A stretch of 64,000 bases of DNA from an uncultured Alphaproteobacteria bacterium (GCA_944393725.1 CALYBC010000009.1:58595-122594), one strand, 5' to 3'. Positions 17,826 through 27,238 are shown, numbered from the stretch's first letter. The notes: a model not told the origin generated them from the sequence alone. Numbers and translations are program-made.

Positions 17826-20216
17826 ATGAAGTTTACATTATCTTGGTTAAAAGAGCATTTGGATACTGAGGCAAGTGTTGAACAGATTGCCGAGACTTTG
17901 ACCAAAATCGGTTTGGAAGTTGAAGAAGTTATCAATCCGTTTGAAAATATGGAAGGTTTTGTTACGGCAAGAATTGAGGAAGTAGAAGATCATCCGGATT
18001 CCGATCACTTGCATGTTTTGAAAGTTAATGACGGTGAAAAGGTTTTGCAGATTGTGTGCGGAGCACCAAATGTTAAGAAAGGCATGATGGGAATTTTAGC
18101 ACATGTCGGTGCATATATTCCGTTGTTTAATGAAAAAATAAAAGTGGGCAAGGTCAGGGGCGTTGAAAGTTTTGGTATGATGTGTGCCGAAGATGAAATC
18201 GGGGTTGGAACCGATCATCAGGGAATTATCGAATTGCCGGCAAATGCTCCGATAGGTTTGACTTTGGCCGAGGTTTACAAAGCTGATCCGGTATTTGATA
18301 TTTCGATAACACCGAATCGTGCGGAGTGTTTGGGTGTTCGCGGTGTGGCCAGAGATTTGGCGGCTGCCGGGCTCGGTAAATTAAAGCCTTTGAATATATC
18401 TAAACAAAACAGCACCTTCTCTTCACCGATTAAGGTTAAAGTTGAAGATTTTGAAGCTTGTCCGGTTTATACCGCGAGATATATCAAAGGGGTTAATAAT
18501 AAAGCCGAAACTCCGAAATGGATGAGAGATCGCTTAAATGCCATCGGTTTGCGTTCCATCTCGCCGTTGGTGGATATTACAAACTACATTAACTACGATA
18601 TGGCCAGGCCTTTGCATGTGTTTGATGCTGATAAGATTAAAGGTGATATTTGCGTTAGAATGGCAAAAAACGGCGAAAAATTTGTTTCGTTGGAAGACAA
18701 AGAATACAGCCTCGATGATAAGTCTTTGGGGATTTGCGACGATGAAGGCGTACAATGTCTTGGCGGTATTATGGGAGGAAATGCCAAAGGATGCTCTGAA
18801 AATACGGTTAATGTATTGTTGGAAAGTGCTTTGTTCGCACCGGTCTGCATTGCTCGTACGGGACGCAAATTTCAAATTGATTCTGATTCTCGTTATCGCT
18901 ACGAAAGATGGGTCGATCCAAATTCTAATATTTTGGGTTCGGAATATGCAACACAGCTGATTTTACAGATTTGCGGCGGTGAGGCTTCGGAAATTGAAAT
19001 TGCCGGAGAGGAAAATTATCAACCGGTTACGACATTTATTCGTCCGCAAAGAGTTAAATCTTTTATCGGGGTCGAAATTCCTGAAGGCAAAATTATTGAT
19101 ATTTTGAATCGTTTGGGTTTTGAAACTAAGAAAGACGGTGATAAAATCTGGGCAACTTCTCCGAGCTGGCGTGGAGATATTGAAGGTGAGCATGACCTGA
19201 TTGAAGAAGTGGTCAGAATGTGGGGCTTGGATAATGTGCCGGCCGAATCGATGCCAAAAGCTTATTTTCCGGCTCAAACTTTGCAACCTGAGCAGAGAAG
19301 AGTGGTTACCATCAGACATGAATTGGCTTCTCGCGGTTTACTGGAAACAGTTACCTGGGGCTTTACCGATTCAAAATTAGCACAATATTTCCGCAAGGGG
19401 AAGCAGCCGGTGCCGGTATGTAATCCGATTACGGCCGAGCTTGATGAAATGCGTCCGTCGGCTTTGATTAATTTGTTAATCGGTGTTAAAAACAACATGG
19501 CACGAGGTTATTCCGATGTTTCATTGTTTGAAGTGGGACCTGAGTTCTTTGGTCGTAAGCCGGGGGAGCAGCGTTTGGTTGCTGCCGGCGTGCGTTGCGG
19601 AATGACAGCCAAAAAACATTGGCTTAAAGACGAACGCAACTTTGATGTATTTGATGTTAAGGCTGATGCCATGGCTGCCATCGCGGCCGCTAACGGACCT
19701 TTTGACAGTGCCAGAATTTCGCTAGATGCACCGGAATATTATCATCCGGGAAGAAGTGGAGCTTTGCGTTTGGGTAATAATGTCATTGCTTATTTTGGTG
19801 AATTGCACCCGTCAATTTTGAAAAAATTCGGCATTAAGCAAAGGGTATGTGCATTTGAAGTTTTGGTCGACAATATCCCGTTGCCGCGTAATACTGCCGG
19901 CAAAGCCAAAAAGAAATTGGAACTTTCGGCATTTCAGCCGTTGGATAAAGATATGGCATTTATTGTTGATAAGTCGGTTAAAGCAGATGATTTGATTGCT
20001 GCGGCCAGAAATGCCGATCGTAGATTTATTACCGATGTCAGAGTATTTGATGTCTATGAGGGTGAAAATATGGAAGCAGGGAAAAAGTCTATTGCTTTGA
20101 GCCTTACTTTCCAACCGCAAGAGGCAACCTTCAGCGATCAGGATATTGAAACTTTGATGGCAAAGGTAGAGCAGGCGGCAAAAACTAAATGCAACGCCGT
20201 TTTGCGTGATGCATAA
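17826..20216 (+). CDS. pheT: Phenylalanine--tRNA ligase beta subunit
   Basis: 796 aa; MKF..SWL..H N-terminus, B3/4 and B5 domains, C-terminal FDVYEG. Confidence 0.9.
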   Translation: MKFTLSWLKEHLDTEASVEQIAETLTKIGLEVEEVINPFENMEGFVTARIEEVEDHPDSDHLHVLKVNDGEKVLQIVCGAPNVKKGMMGILAHVGAYIPLFNEKIKVGKVRGVESFGMMCAEDEIGVGTDHQGIIELPANAPIGLTLAEVYKADPVFDISITPNRAECLGVRGVARDLAAAGLGKLKPLNISKQNSTFSSPIKVKVEDFEACPVYTARYIKGVNNKAETPKWMRDRLNAIGLRSISPLVDITNYINYDMARPLHVFDADKIKGDICVRMAKNGEKFVSLEDKEYSLDDKSLGICDDEGVQCLGGIMGGNAKGCSENTVNVLLESALFAPVCIARTGRKFQIDSDSRYRYERWVDPNSNILGSEYATQLILQICGGEASEIEIAGEENYQPVTTFIRPQRVKSFIGVEIPEGKIIDILNRLGFETKKDGDKIWATSPSWRGDIEGEHDLIEEVVRMWGLDNVPAESMPKAYFPAQTLQPEQRRVVTIRHELASRGLLETVTWGFTDSKLAQYFRKGKQPVPVCNPITAELDEMRPSALINLLIGVKNNMARGYSDVSLFEVGPEFFGRKPGEQRLVAAGVRCGMTAKKHWLKDERNFDVFDVKADAMAAIAAANGPFDSARISLDAPEYYHPGRSGALRLGNNVIAYFGELHPSILKKFGIKQRVCAFEVLVDNIPLPRNTAGKAKKKLELSAFQPLDKDMAFIVDKSVKADDLIAAARNADRRFITDVRVFDVYEGENMEAGKKSIALSLTFQPQEATFSDQDIETLMAKVEQAAKTKCNAVLRDA

Positions 20217-20237
20217 TTATAAATTATCATGAAACAA

Positions 20238-20270
20238 GAACAGCCGCTTGATTAAAGCGGCTGTTCTTTG
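20238..20270 (+). terminator. Intrinsic terminator after pheT
   Basis: GAACAGCCGCttgattaaaGCGGCTGTTC then a T-rich tract; an inverted copy of the same hairpin occurs at 21140-21170. Confidence 0.5.
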
Positions 20271-20299
20271 TAGAAAATAAGTCTTGCCAAGATAGCAAA

Positions 20300-20523
20300 A
20301 ATTTTTTAACTTAGGGGTGGGTGCGTTGGAAAATTACGTGCCTAGGGCGTCAGAAACCCTTTATTATACCAGTCATTGGCATTATGACTTAAAATATTTA
20401 TGCCGACATACAGCCTTGAATGAGGGTGGATGTCGGCGAATAAGGTTTCGGCCAAATAAGCCGAGCCGTCTGGTATAATACGGTTTCTGAACATCCGCCC
20501 GCCTTTAATAGCGGGCTTTTTTA
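20300..20523 (+). ncRNA. Candidate structured non-coding RNA or cis-regulatory leader, unclassified, ending in an intrinsic terminator
   Basis: No ORF in about 220 nt; several perfect helices (GCCGACAT...ATGTCGGC, AGGG...CCCT, a long-range GGGTGGATGT/ACATCCGCCC pairing) and terminator GCCCGC-loop-GCGGGC-TTTTTT at 20497-20523 just upstream of the 20557 ORF. Confidence 0.3.
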
Positions 20524-20556
20524 TTTTGTAACAACAATAAAAAGGATGTTTGGATA

Positions 20557-21135
20557 ATGAAAAAATTTATTTGCTTGGCCGTAATCTTTCTCTCTGCTTG
20601 CGGAACTATCTTTAGCGGTACTACTCAACAAATTAACTGCGAATCTAATGTCAAAGGAGTTAAAATTTATGTCGACGGTATTGAAGAATGCACCGCTCCG
20701 TGTGCTTTTACCATTAATCGTAGTGCAGATTCCGTGCAAATCGTTGCTCGCAAAAACGGATATAAAGACCGTGTGATTTCTATCAGATCTTCGGTTAACC
20801 GAACCTCGTATTTTAATCTTATCGGACTTTATAGTTGGAGTACCGATGCCTTAACCGGAAGTGTGTGGCACTATCGCAATGACCGTCTCTATTTTGACAT
20901 GGAAAAAGAAAATATGACCAGAGCAGAAGCCTTGGATTATGAAACACAACGCAATATTCGCCGCTATGTGTTGTTTACTTATGATAATCTTTTGGAAGAA
21001 GCTTACTCTGACAACAAACAGGATTATATTGCCGCGTTGTCTGAGCTTACTCAAAAGCCGGAAAGTCAACTATTGCAAACAGTTATGGCTTCAACCGATG
21101 AGCTACAACTCTTGGAAACTTTGATGAAAGATTAA
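20557..21135 (+). CDS. Hypothetical lipoprotein
   Basis: MKKFICLAVIFLSACG lipobox; 192 aa; no recognisable family. Confidence 0.5.
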   Translation: MKKFICLAVIFLSACGTIFSGTTQQINCESNVKGVKIYVDGIEECTAPCAFTINRSADSVQIVARKNGYKDRVISIRSSVNRTSYFNLIGLYSWSTDALTGSVWHYRNDRLYFDMEKENMTRAEALDYETQRNIRRYVLFTYDNLLEEAYSDNKQDYIAALSELTQKPESQLLQTVMASTDELQLLETLMKD

Positions 21136-21139
21136 AGTA

Positions 21140-21170
21140 AAGCCGCTTTAATCAAGCGGCTGTTTTTTTA
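21140..21170. terminator. Bidirectional intrinsic terminator, inverted copy of the pheT terminator hairpin
   Basis: AGCCGCTTtaatcAAGCGGCT followed by TTTTTTT; the stem sequence is identical to 20241-20264 in opposite orientation. Confidence 0.5.
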
Positions 21171-21959
21171 TCTTACTCGGTCTTCAATGCTTTTGAAATA
21201 TTCGACCGTGGTCGGTGCCAGTTTGCTTGCGGCGTCTTTGTCGCAGACAATTATACCGTGTTGGTGCATTTGCAGCGCCGTGACGGTCCAGACATGATTT
21301 ATATTGCCTTCGATGGCTTGGTGTACGGCTTCGGATTTGTTTTTGCCGGTGGCCATGATAATCACTTCTTTGGCATCTAATATTGTACCGATGCCAATGG
21401 TTAGTGCTTGGGTCGGAACTTTGCTGATGTCATTGTCAAAAAAGCGGGAGTTGTCTTTTATCGTTGAGGGGGCCAAAGTTTTGATCCTGGTGCGAGAGGT
21501 CAACGAAGAAAAGGGCTCGTTAAATGCTATGTGTCCGTCGGTTCCAACTCCGCCTAGTTGCAAATCTATGCCGCCATAGGTCTTAATGGCTTTTTCGTAA
21601 TTTTCGCATTCGGCGGCAAAGTCTTTCGTCATGCCATTTAATATGTGGATGTTTTTGGGGCTTATATTAATATGGTTGAACAGATTTTCATACATAAAAT
21701 GATGATAACTGTTTTTGTCTTGCGGAGGTAGGCCTACATATTCGTCCATATTAAAGGTTACTACATGTTCAAAGGAAACTTTTTTGTTTTGATATAGTTT
21801 TATAAGCTCTTTATAAGCACCAAGCGGAGTTGAGCCGCTGGGAAGCCCTAAGACAAAAGGCTTTTTTGCCGTCGGTTTGAAACTTTTGATACGATAAGCT
21901 ATATATCCGGCAACCCATGATGCACAGTCCGCCGAATCGTCTTTGATAATAACTCGCAT
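21168..21959 (-). CDS. nagB: Glucosamine-6-phosphate deaminase
   Basis: MRVIIKD...; motifs LGLPSGSTP, FNMDEY and GIGTDGHIAFNEP; start overlaps the nagA stop. Confidence 0.85.
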   Translation of the reverse strand: MRVIIKDDSADCASWVAGYIAYRIKSFKPTAKKPFVLGLPSGSTPLGAYKELIKLYQNKKVSFEHVVTFNMDEYVGLPPQDKNSYHHFMYENLFNHINISPKNIHILNGMTKDFAAECENYEKAIKTYGGIDLQLGGVGTDGHIAFNEPFSSLTSRTRIKTLAPSTIKDNSRFFDNDISKVPTQALTIGIGTILDAKEVIIMATGKNKSEAVHQAIEGNINHVWTVTALQMHQHGIIVCDKDAASKLAPTTVEYFKSIEDRVR

Positions 21960-23116
21960 TAGATTTTTCCTTCTACAAATTGACCTTTTATTATGGTATA
22001 AATCAGATTCAAATCTTTGTCCAGCACAATGACATCGGCATCGTATCCGGGGATGAGAAGTCCTTTGTGTTTTTGGCCGGTGATTTTTGCCGGATTGGTC
22101 GAGGCCATTCTGACTACTTTTTCCATCGAAATTCCCCAAGATACCAAATTTCTAAAGCCATCGAGCATGGAAATGGCCGAGCCGTTAATTACATTGTTGT
22201 CTTTGCGATAAAAGCATTTATCAAGGTATAAATCCGGCGTCTTGGATAAATCGGTTTTGGCCGGATAGAGCGCATCGGTAATTAAGACAATCTGACTTAG
22301 CGGTTTGCTCTTTAGCAGTAAATCTATCAGGTTGGGATGGACATGTACCCCGTCACCGATTATCTCGCAAGAAATCTCTGGATGAATCAAAACCGCTCCG
22401 ACAACTCCGGGCTCGCGATGATGAAGCGGACGCATGGCATTGAATAGATGGGTAACATGCATGATACCGGCTTGAAGCCCTTCAAGCATCTGCTTATAGG
22501 TGGCGTTGGTGTGCCCGGCTTGTAACAAAATGCCTTTTTCCATACAGTATAAAGCTAATTCTCGCATGCCTTTAAGCTCGGGAGCCACCGTCATGTTAAT
22601 AAGATGTCCGTCGCAGTATTTGTAGAGGCGATGCATTAAATCCAAATCTACCGGAGATATGCCTTCAGGAGATTGAGCCCCGGCTTTTTCCGGCGATAGA
22701 AAAGGCCCTTCAAGGTGAATGCCGAGTATCTCGGCACCTACTTCTTTGCCCATAGCTTTGGTAATGGCTTTTATCTTTTGCTTTAGCTCCGGCTCAGTTG
22801 CCGTGCAACAGGTCGGAATAAAAGAGGTGACTCCGTATTGCGCCAGAGTTTTTGACATGTGTAATATGGATTTGTAGTCGCCGTCATCTGCACCGAATCC
22901 ACCAATTCCGTGAATATGGGTATCAATTAGTCCGGGCATGATGTAAGCTCCGTTGACATCAATAATCTTTACTTTGGGTGAAAACTTTTTCTGACGAAAT
23001 CTTTCTTCGTTGTAGACATCGGCAATTTTGCCGTCTTTAATGTAAACGGCACAATCCTGCATAACGGAAAAGCCGGTAAAGACTGTGGCATTATGCAGAC
23101 AAAGTGCCGATTTCAT
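21959..23116 (-). CDS. nagA: N-acetylglucosamine-6-phosphate deacetylase
   Basis: 385 aa amidohydrolase; GLIDTHIHG metal-binding start, HLFNAM, and the EISCEIIGDGVHV segment. Confidence 0.85.
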   Translation of the reverse strand: MKSALCLHNATVFTGFSVMQDCAVYIKDGKIADVYNEERFRQKKFSPKVKIIDVNGAYIMPGLIDTHIHGIGGFGADDGDYKSILHMSKTLAQYGVTSFIPTCCTATEPELKQKIKAITKAMGKEVGAEILGIHLEGPFLSPEKAGAQSPEGISPVDLDLMHRLYKYCDGHLINMTVAPELKGMRELALYCMEKGILLQAGHTNATYKQMLEGLQAGIMHVTHLFNAMRPLHHREPGVVGAVLIHPEISCEIIGDGVHVHPNLIDLLLKSKPLSQIVLITDALYPAKTDLSKTPDLYLDKCFYRKDNNVINGSAISMLDGFRNLVSWGISMEKVVRMASTNPAKITGQKHKGLLIPGYDADVIVLDKDLNLIYTIIKGQFVEGKI

Positions 23117-23131
23117 ACAATTCTCCTCGAA

Positions 23132-23794
23132 TTAAAATTCTATACGGACAATAACACGGCGGTTTTTCAAACGATTTTCCGGTATTGGTTCTCCGTAGGG
23201 GTTTTTGTTGGGGTAGGCCGGCGATATTTCGGCGAGACCAACAGCTTTGAAACGGTTGACATCCATTTTGTTGCCGATCATTTCTCTAACAACGGCTCCG
23301 GCTCTGGCTCCGGAAAGTTCCCAGTTGGACGGCAAAGTATCGGATTCATTGGTGTCGTCGGTGTGTCCTTCTACGGATATGCGATATTTTTTGTATTTGC
23401 TGGAGTTTAACAACAAAGATATCTTTTTGATGACGGGAATTGCTTCCGGTTTTAGTATTACGGAACCTTTATCAAAAAGGTTAATCGAGGTCATTTCCAG
23501 AGTAGCACCATTGGCATCTGACGAAATAATGACTCCTTCATCTTCGAGATTGAGGTCTTTGGCGTCATTAATAAAACTTATAATGGTGCCGTTGCTGTCG
23601 TCAACGCTTCCGCTACCAAAAGCTGCGGCCAATGCATATTGGATTTGTGCCGCTTTGTTTTTATCCAAGCTTGAAGAGGCAAACAACACAATAAACAATG
23701 CCAAAAGCAAGGTCAAAAGGTCAGAGTAGGGAATAAGCCAAGTCTCGTCGGCGTGCTCTTCGTGTGGTGGAGGGGTGGGTTTCTTTTTTACCAT
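23132..23794 (-). CDS. motB: Flagellar motor protein MotB (OmpA-like C-terminal domain)
   Basis: N-terminal W.IPYSDLLTLLLALF TM plug region and C-terminal OmpA-like peptidoglycan-binding domain (NR.LS..RA..V). Confidence 0.8.
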   Translation of the reverse strand: MVKKKPTPPPHEEHADETWLIPYSDLLTLLLALFIVLFASSSLDKNKAAQIQYALAAAFGSGSVDDSNGTIISFINDAKDLNLEDEGVIISSDANGATLEMTSINLFDKGSVILKPEAIPVIKKISLLLNSSKYKKYRISVEGHTDDTNESDTLPSNWELSGARAGAVVREMIGNKMDVNRFKAVGLAEISPAYPNKNPYGEPIPENRLKNRRVIVRIEF

Positions 23795-23809
23795 TGTTTT
23801 CTCCGTTAT

Positions 23810-24583
23810 TTAGGCATCCCGAAGTGATTTGCGTTCGGATAAAGGTATGAAAGCTTGCAAGCGAGATTCAATGGCAATCGAAGATGCACCTTCTTGCAAA
23901 GCTAAGGCACCTTCCAATACCATGCGTTTCATTTCTACTTCTTCGGCGTTGATTTGTTTTAATTTGTTGGCAAACGGGTGCCAGCAAACGTATCCGGTGA
24001 AAATACCCAAAAGGGTGGCTACGAATGCGGCCGCAATTGAGTGACCAAGTTGATCAATATCGCTCAAGTTTCCTAAAGCGGCAATCAAACCGATAACCGC
24101 ACCTAACACACCCAAAGTCGGTGCATACATACCGCATTGGGCAAAGATTTGAGCGCCGGAACGGTGTCTTTCTTCCATTTGCTTGATTTCAGAATCGATA
24201 ACATTGTATATGAATTCGCCGTTAAAACCATCGGCAACCATGGTCATAGCCGAACGAATGAATGGGTCTGATACTTCATTGGCTTTCTTTTCAATGGCCA
24301 TAACACCTTCTTGTTTTGAGGCTTTGGCGGCGGCAACAAAAAGCTCTAAAATCTCTTGTTTTGGGGTGAAGTGTTGACCGGTGAATATAATCTTTATAAG
24401 TTTGGGAAACTTTTTTAAGTCTTTCATCGGAAAGGCATTGAATATTGCGGCAGCAGTACCGGCAAAAATGATTAAGAATGCGGCAGGGTTAATGAGTGCG
24501 TGAGGGTCAGCACCTTTAAGAGCCATACCAACACCAACTGCAGCTATTCCGCCAATAAAACCAATCCAAGTAGATTTTTCCAT
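23810..24583 (-). CDS. motA: Flagellar motor stator protein MotA
   Basis: 257 aa, 4 TM, conserved MotA/TolQ/ExbB cytoplasmic loop and C-terminal TM pair. Confidence 0.85.
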   Translation of the reverse strand: MEKSTWIGFIGGIAAVGVGMALKGADPHALINPAAFLIIFAGTAAAIFNAFPMKDLKKFPKLIKIIFTGQHFTPKQEILELFVAAAKASKQEGVMAIEKKANEVSDPFIRSAMTMVADGFNGEFIYNVIDSEIKQMEERHRSGAQIFAQCGMYAPTLGVLGAVIGLIAALGNLSDIDQLGHSIAAAFVATLLGIFTGYVCWHPFANKLKQINAEEVEMKRMVLEGALALQEGASSIAIESRLQAFIPLSERKSLRDA

Positions 24584-24732
24584 TTTTTTATCCCATAATT
24601 AATTTGTTAATATCACTGAGTCACATAATAACTTTTTATATTTTAAATTTAAGTTAAAAATTAAAATGATACCCAAGTAAATGAAGCTAAAAAAGAAGAA
24701 CAAAATACTTTTCTCAGAGCCTGCACAATTAT

Positions 24733-24761
24733 CAAAAAAAAGCACCGCAATAGGCGGTGCT
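24733..24761 (-). terminator. Intrinsic terminator downstream of tRNA-Arg
   Basis: Minus strand reads AGCACCGCctattGCGGTGCT followed by TTTTTTTT. Confidence 0.45.
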
Positions 24762-24771
24762 CCTTGATAAT

Positions 24772-24848
24772 TGGCGATCTCGAGAGGATTCGAACCTCTG
24801 ACCCACAGCTTAGAAGGCTGTTGCTCTATCCAGCTGAGCTACGAGACC
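24772..24848 (-). tRNA. tRNA-Arg, anticodon TCT
   Basis: Reverse complement GGTCTCGTAGCTCAGCTGGATAGAGCAACAGCCTTCTAAGCTGTGGGTCAGAGGTTCGAATCCTCTCGAGATCGCCA. Confidence 0.8.
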
Positions 24849-24999
24849 AGCGTCGTTTCGTAAAAAAACATATTTTATAACCAAAGTCAAGATGTTTTGT
24901 TGCAAAAAATTTTTTTGATTGTTTTTAAAGTATACTTGACAACTTTAATACGTATGGATAAAACTATATATAGTTTTTGATATATATTTGGAGGAAGTT

Positions 25000-25596
25000 A
25001 TGAAAAAAGCTAAGGATGTAAAAGAATTTGTTGAAAGAATCGATGCAACCAAAAAAGTTAATCCTAAAGATTTGTCTTCAGATCAGGATTTGACCATCGC
25101 TATTATGAATCTTATTTCAATAGAAGAACATCTCGTTTTCAGCGGGGCTAAAACCGGTAAAACATCTTTTTATGACCTTATTCAAGATATCAGAGAATTG
25201 CGTAAAAATCTTATGCAAAAAGTTATTCCGGAATATGAAGGTGAGGTATGGTGCATATCAAAACACTTACTCGCATCGTCAATGCGTTTGATGGAGGTGG
25301 GAACAAAACAACAGTCGCTTGGGCATAAAGATGACGCTTATAAATTGTTTAATCAGGCCTATGATTTGTATTGTCTGTTTTGGGGACTTAATATGAAAAT
25401 GCTTGATACTCAAGACCTAAAGTGGGTAGAGGATAATATGGAAGATATTAAAAAAATATCTTCGCAACTCGAAAAAGTTAATGTTCCGGTTAAGGTGGAA
25501 GAAGTAAAGTCCGGCAGCGAGGAAAAAGCTCCGCAGTCTGCTCTTTCTAAGATGAAAGCTTTTGTTCGTAAGGCGGTCGATTGTTGTATTGAATAA
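25000..25596 (+). CDS. Hypothetical soluble protein ending in CCIE
   Basis: 198 aa, strong RBS GGAGGA, no recognisable domain; first gene of an apparent four-gene unit. Confidence 0.45.
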   Translation: MKKAKDVKEFVERIDATKKVNPKDLSSDQDLTIAIMNLISIEEHLVFSGAKTGKTSFYDLIQDIRELRKNLMQKVIPEYEGEVWCISKHLLASSMRLMEVGTKQQSLGHKDDAYKLFNQAYDLYCLFWGLNMKMLDTQDLKWVEDNMEDIKKISSQLEKVNVPVKVEEVKSGSEEKAPQSALSKMKAFVRKAVDCCIE

Positions 25597-25611
25597 TAAA
25601 GGAAAATTGAA

Positions 25612-26184
25612 ATGCGTAAATTATTTAATTTATCTGTACTTTCTTTGTTGCTATCGTTCATAAGCAAAAAGGTTTTGGCTAATCCGGCTTGTGCCGTTTG
25701 TACCGTGGCAGTCGGTGCTTCATTGGAGGCTGCTCGTCGCTATGGGCTTGATGATTCCATTGTCGGGTTGTGGGTCGGTGCATTGCTTGCTTTGTTGGGA
25801 TATTGGTTTATTTTGTGGTTTGATAAGAAAAATTGGAACTTTCCGGGACGTGATTTCATTCTGATGGTTGTTTCTGTCGGAACCATAGGTGGTATGTATT
25901 GGCAAATGCCTTATCAACCGCAAGTTATCGGAATTTTCTATCTCGATCCGCTTTTGTTTGCTACAATCTTTGGCGCGTTGACTTTTATATATGTATCGAA
26001 GTTTTATCAATGGATGAAAGAAAAAAACGGCGGACATGCTCATTTTCCGTTTGAGAAAGTTGTACTGCCGGTGGCCGCTTTGGCTTTGTTGAGTGTGTAT
26101 TTTAATTACTATCCTTTGGCTCAAAATCCGGTGCAAAATTTAGGTGATGTGTCTGCTTTGTATCAGTTTTCGGGAGATAAATAA
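25612..26184 (+). CDS. Hypothetical membrane protein with CxxC (ACAVC) after a signal-like segment
   Basis: 190 aa, about 4 TM; exactly two Cys, arranged as CAVC. Confidence 0.5.
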   Translation: MRKLFNLSVLSLLLSFISKKVLANPACAVCTVAVGASLEAARRYGLDDSIVGLWVGALLALLGYWFILWFDKKNWNFPGRDFILMVVSVGTIGGMYWQMPYQPQVIGIFYLDPLLFATIFGALTFIYVSKFYQWMKEKNGGHAHFPFEKVVLPVAALALLSVYFNYYPLAQNPVQNLGDVSALYQFSGDK

Positions 26185-26534
26185 TGAAAAAAATTCTTTC
26201 TTGTTTATTGCTGGTATTGGTTGTAGTTGCTTGCTCGGTGCAAAAGTCAAATTTGAAAGATGATGAAATTTATTTCTTCTATTCGAACAGTTGTCCGCAT
26301 TGCCATCATGCACTTGAGTACATGAATAAAAAGTATCCGAATCTTGAAATAGCTATGGTTAATGTGGCAAATCCTCAAGGCTATGATTTGTTGGTTGAAG
26401 CTGCTCAGAAATATAAACTGGGAAATAATGTCGGCACTCCGTTAATCACATTCGGCGACAATTATATTATGGGGTGGGCTAAGCAATACGAAGCTAAGTT
26501 TGATGAGTATTGCAAACCGTATATAAAAAAATAG
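26184..26534 (+). CDS. Exported glutaredoxin/NrdH-like thiol-disulfide oxidoreductase lipoprotein with CPHC active site
   Basis: Lipobox VVACS; glutaredoxin-fold landmarks (FYSNSCPHCH, VGTPLITF cis-Pro, GDNYIMGW); CPHC matches the DsbA active-site tetrad. Confidence 0.55.
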   Translation: MKKILSCLLLVLVVVACSVQKSNLKDDEIYFFYSNSCPHCHHALEYMNKKYPNLEIAMVNVANPQGYDLLVEAAQKYKLGNNVGTPLITFGDNYIMGWAKQYEAKFDEYCKPYIKK

Positions 26535-26545
26535 AGGAAAGTGTT

Positions 26546-27193
26546 ATGGTGTCAACACAACTTCCCGAAGATACGATGAAAAAGGCCGTGAGAGGTATAA
26601 GCTATATTTCTCACCCCTTGCGGCTTAGAATATTGGAGTTTTTGGATGTAAACGGAGCTTCATCGGTTTCTGAAATTACTAAAGCGGTTGGTGAAGAGCA
26701 AGTTATCGTATCGCAAAGTTTGAAAAAGCTTCGTGAAGCGAATCTTGTAAAAACCAAAAGAAAAGGCTTGTTTATCTACTATGATATTTGTGAGGAATAT
26801 CCGGCAAGTATTTTTGTGTGCATTAGAAAACTGTTTGGTTATATGACCGATAATTTTTATTTTTTGATGGATGGATATAAAGCCTTTTTGCCCAAAGATT
26901 ATACTACCATGGTTGCAAATCAGATAAAGCTGTTTGCCAACTATGATAAAATGCGGATTTTGGAATTTTTGTTGCTCAAAGGCGAGAGTAATGTTTCGGA
27001 AATAACCGAGGCTCTTCATAGTGAGCAGATAAAAGTTTCGCAATATCTCAAACGTCTGAAAGATGACGGCTTTGTTGCCTGCAGACGTGACGGAAGATTT
27101 ATATTTTATTCAATCACCAAAGGTGTTCATATGACCGCGTTGCAATGTATACACAAGAGATATGATACTTTGGAAAATAAAGATGTGTTCTAA
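26546..27193 (+). CDS. Transcriptional regulator with two tandem ArsR/SmtB-type winged-HTH domains
   Basis: Two repeats of the ArsR pattern (HPLRLRILEFL...SVSEITKAV...VSQSLKKLREANLV and MRILEFLL...NVSEITEAL...VSQYLKRLKDDGFV). Confidence 0.55.
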   Translation: MVSTQLPEDTMKKAVRGISYISHPLRLRILEFLDVNGASSVSEITKAVGEEQVIVSQSLKKLREANLVKTKRKGLFIYYDICEEYPASIFVCIRKLFGYMTDNFYFLMDGYKAFLPKDYTTMVANQIKLFANYDKMRILEFLLLKGESNVSEITEALHSEQIKVSQYLKRLKDDGFVACRRDGRFIFYSITKGVHMTALQCIHKRYDTLENKDVF

Positions 27194-27194
27194 A

Positions 27195-27222
27195 AAAGGC
27201 GATTATTTTAATCGCCTTTTTT
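27195..27222. terminator. Bidirectional intrinsic terminator
   Basis: AGGCGATTattttAATCGCCT flanked by A- and T-runs, between convergent genes. Confidence 0.5.
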
Positions 27223-27238
27223 GAGGTTTCTTTTTCAA

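Noticed and set aside
20300-20523. Tried to assign the structured RNA candidate to SRP (4.5S) RNA, RNase P RNA, 6S RNA or a known riboswitch class
   Set aside because: None of the signature motifs I can recall were found (SRP domain IV GGAA/AGCAG, RNase P GGAAAGTCCGG/ACAGAAA, B12 box, TPP, glycine, FMN cores). It is left unclassified rather than named.
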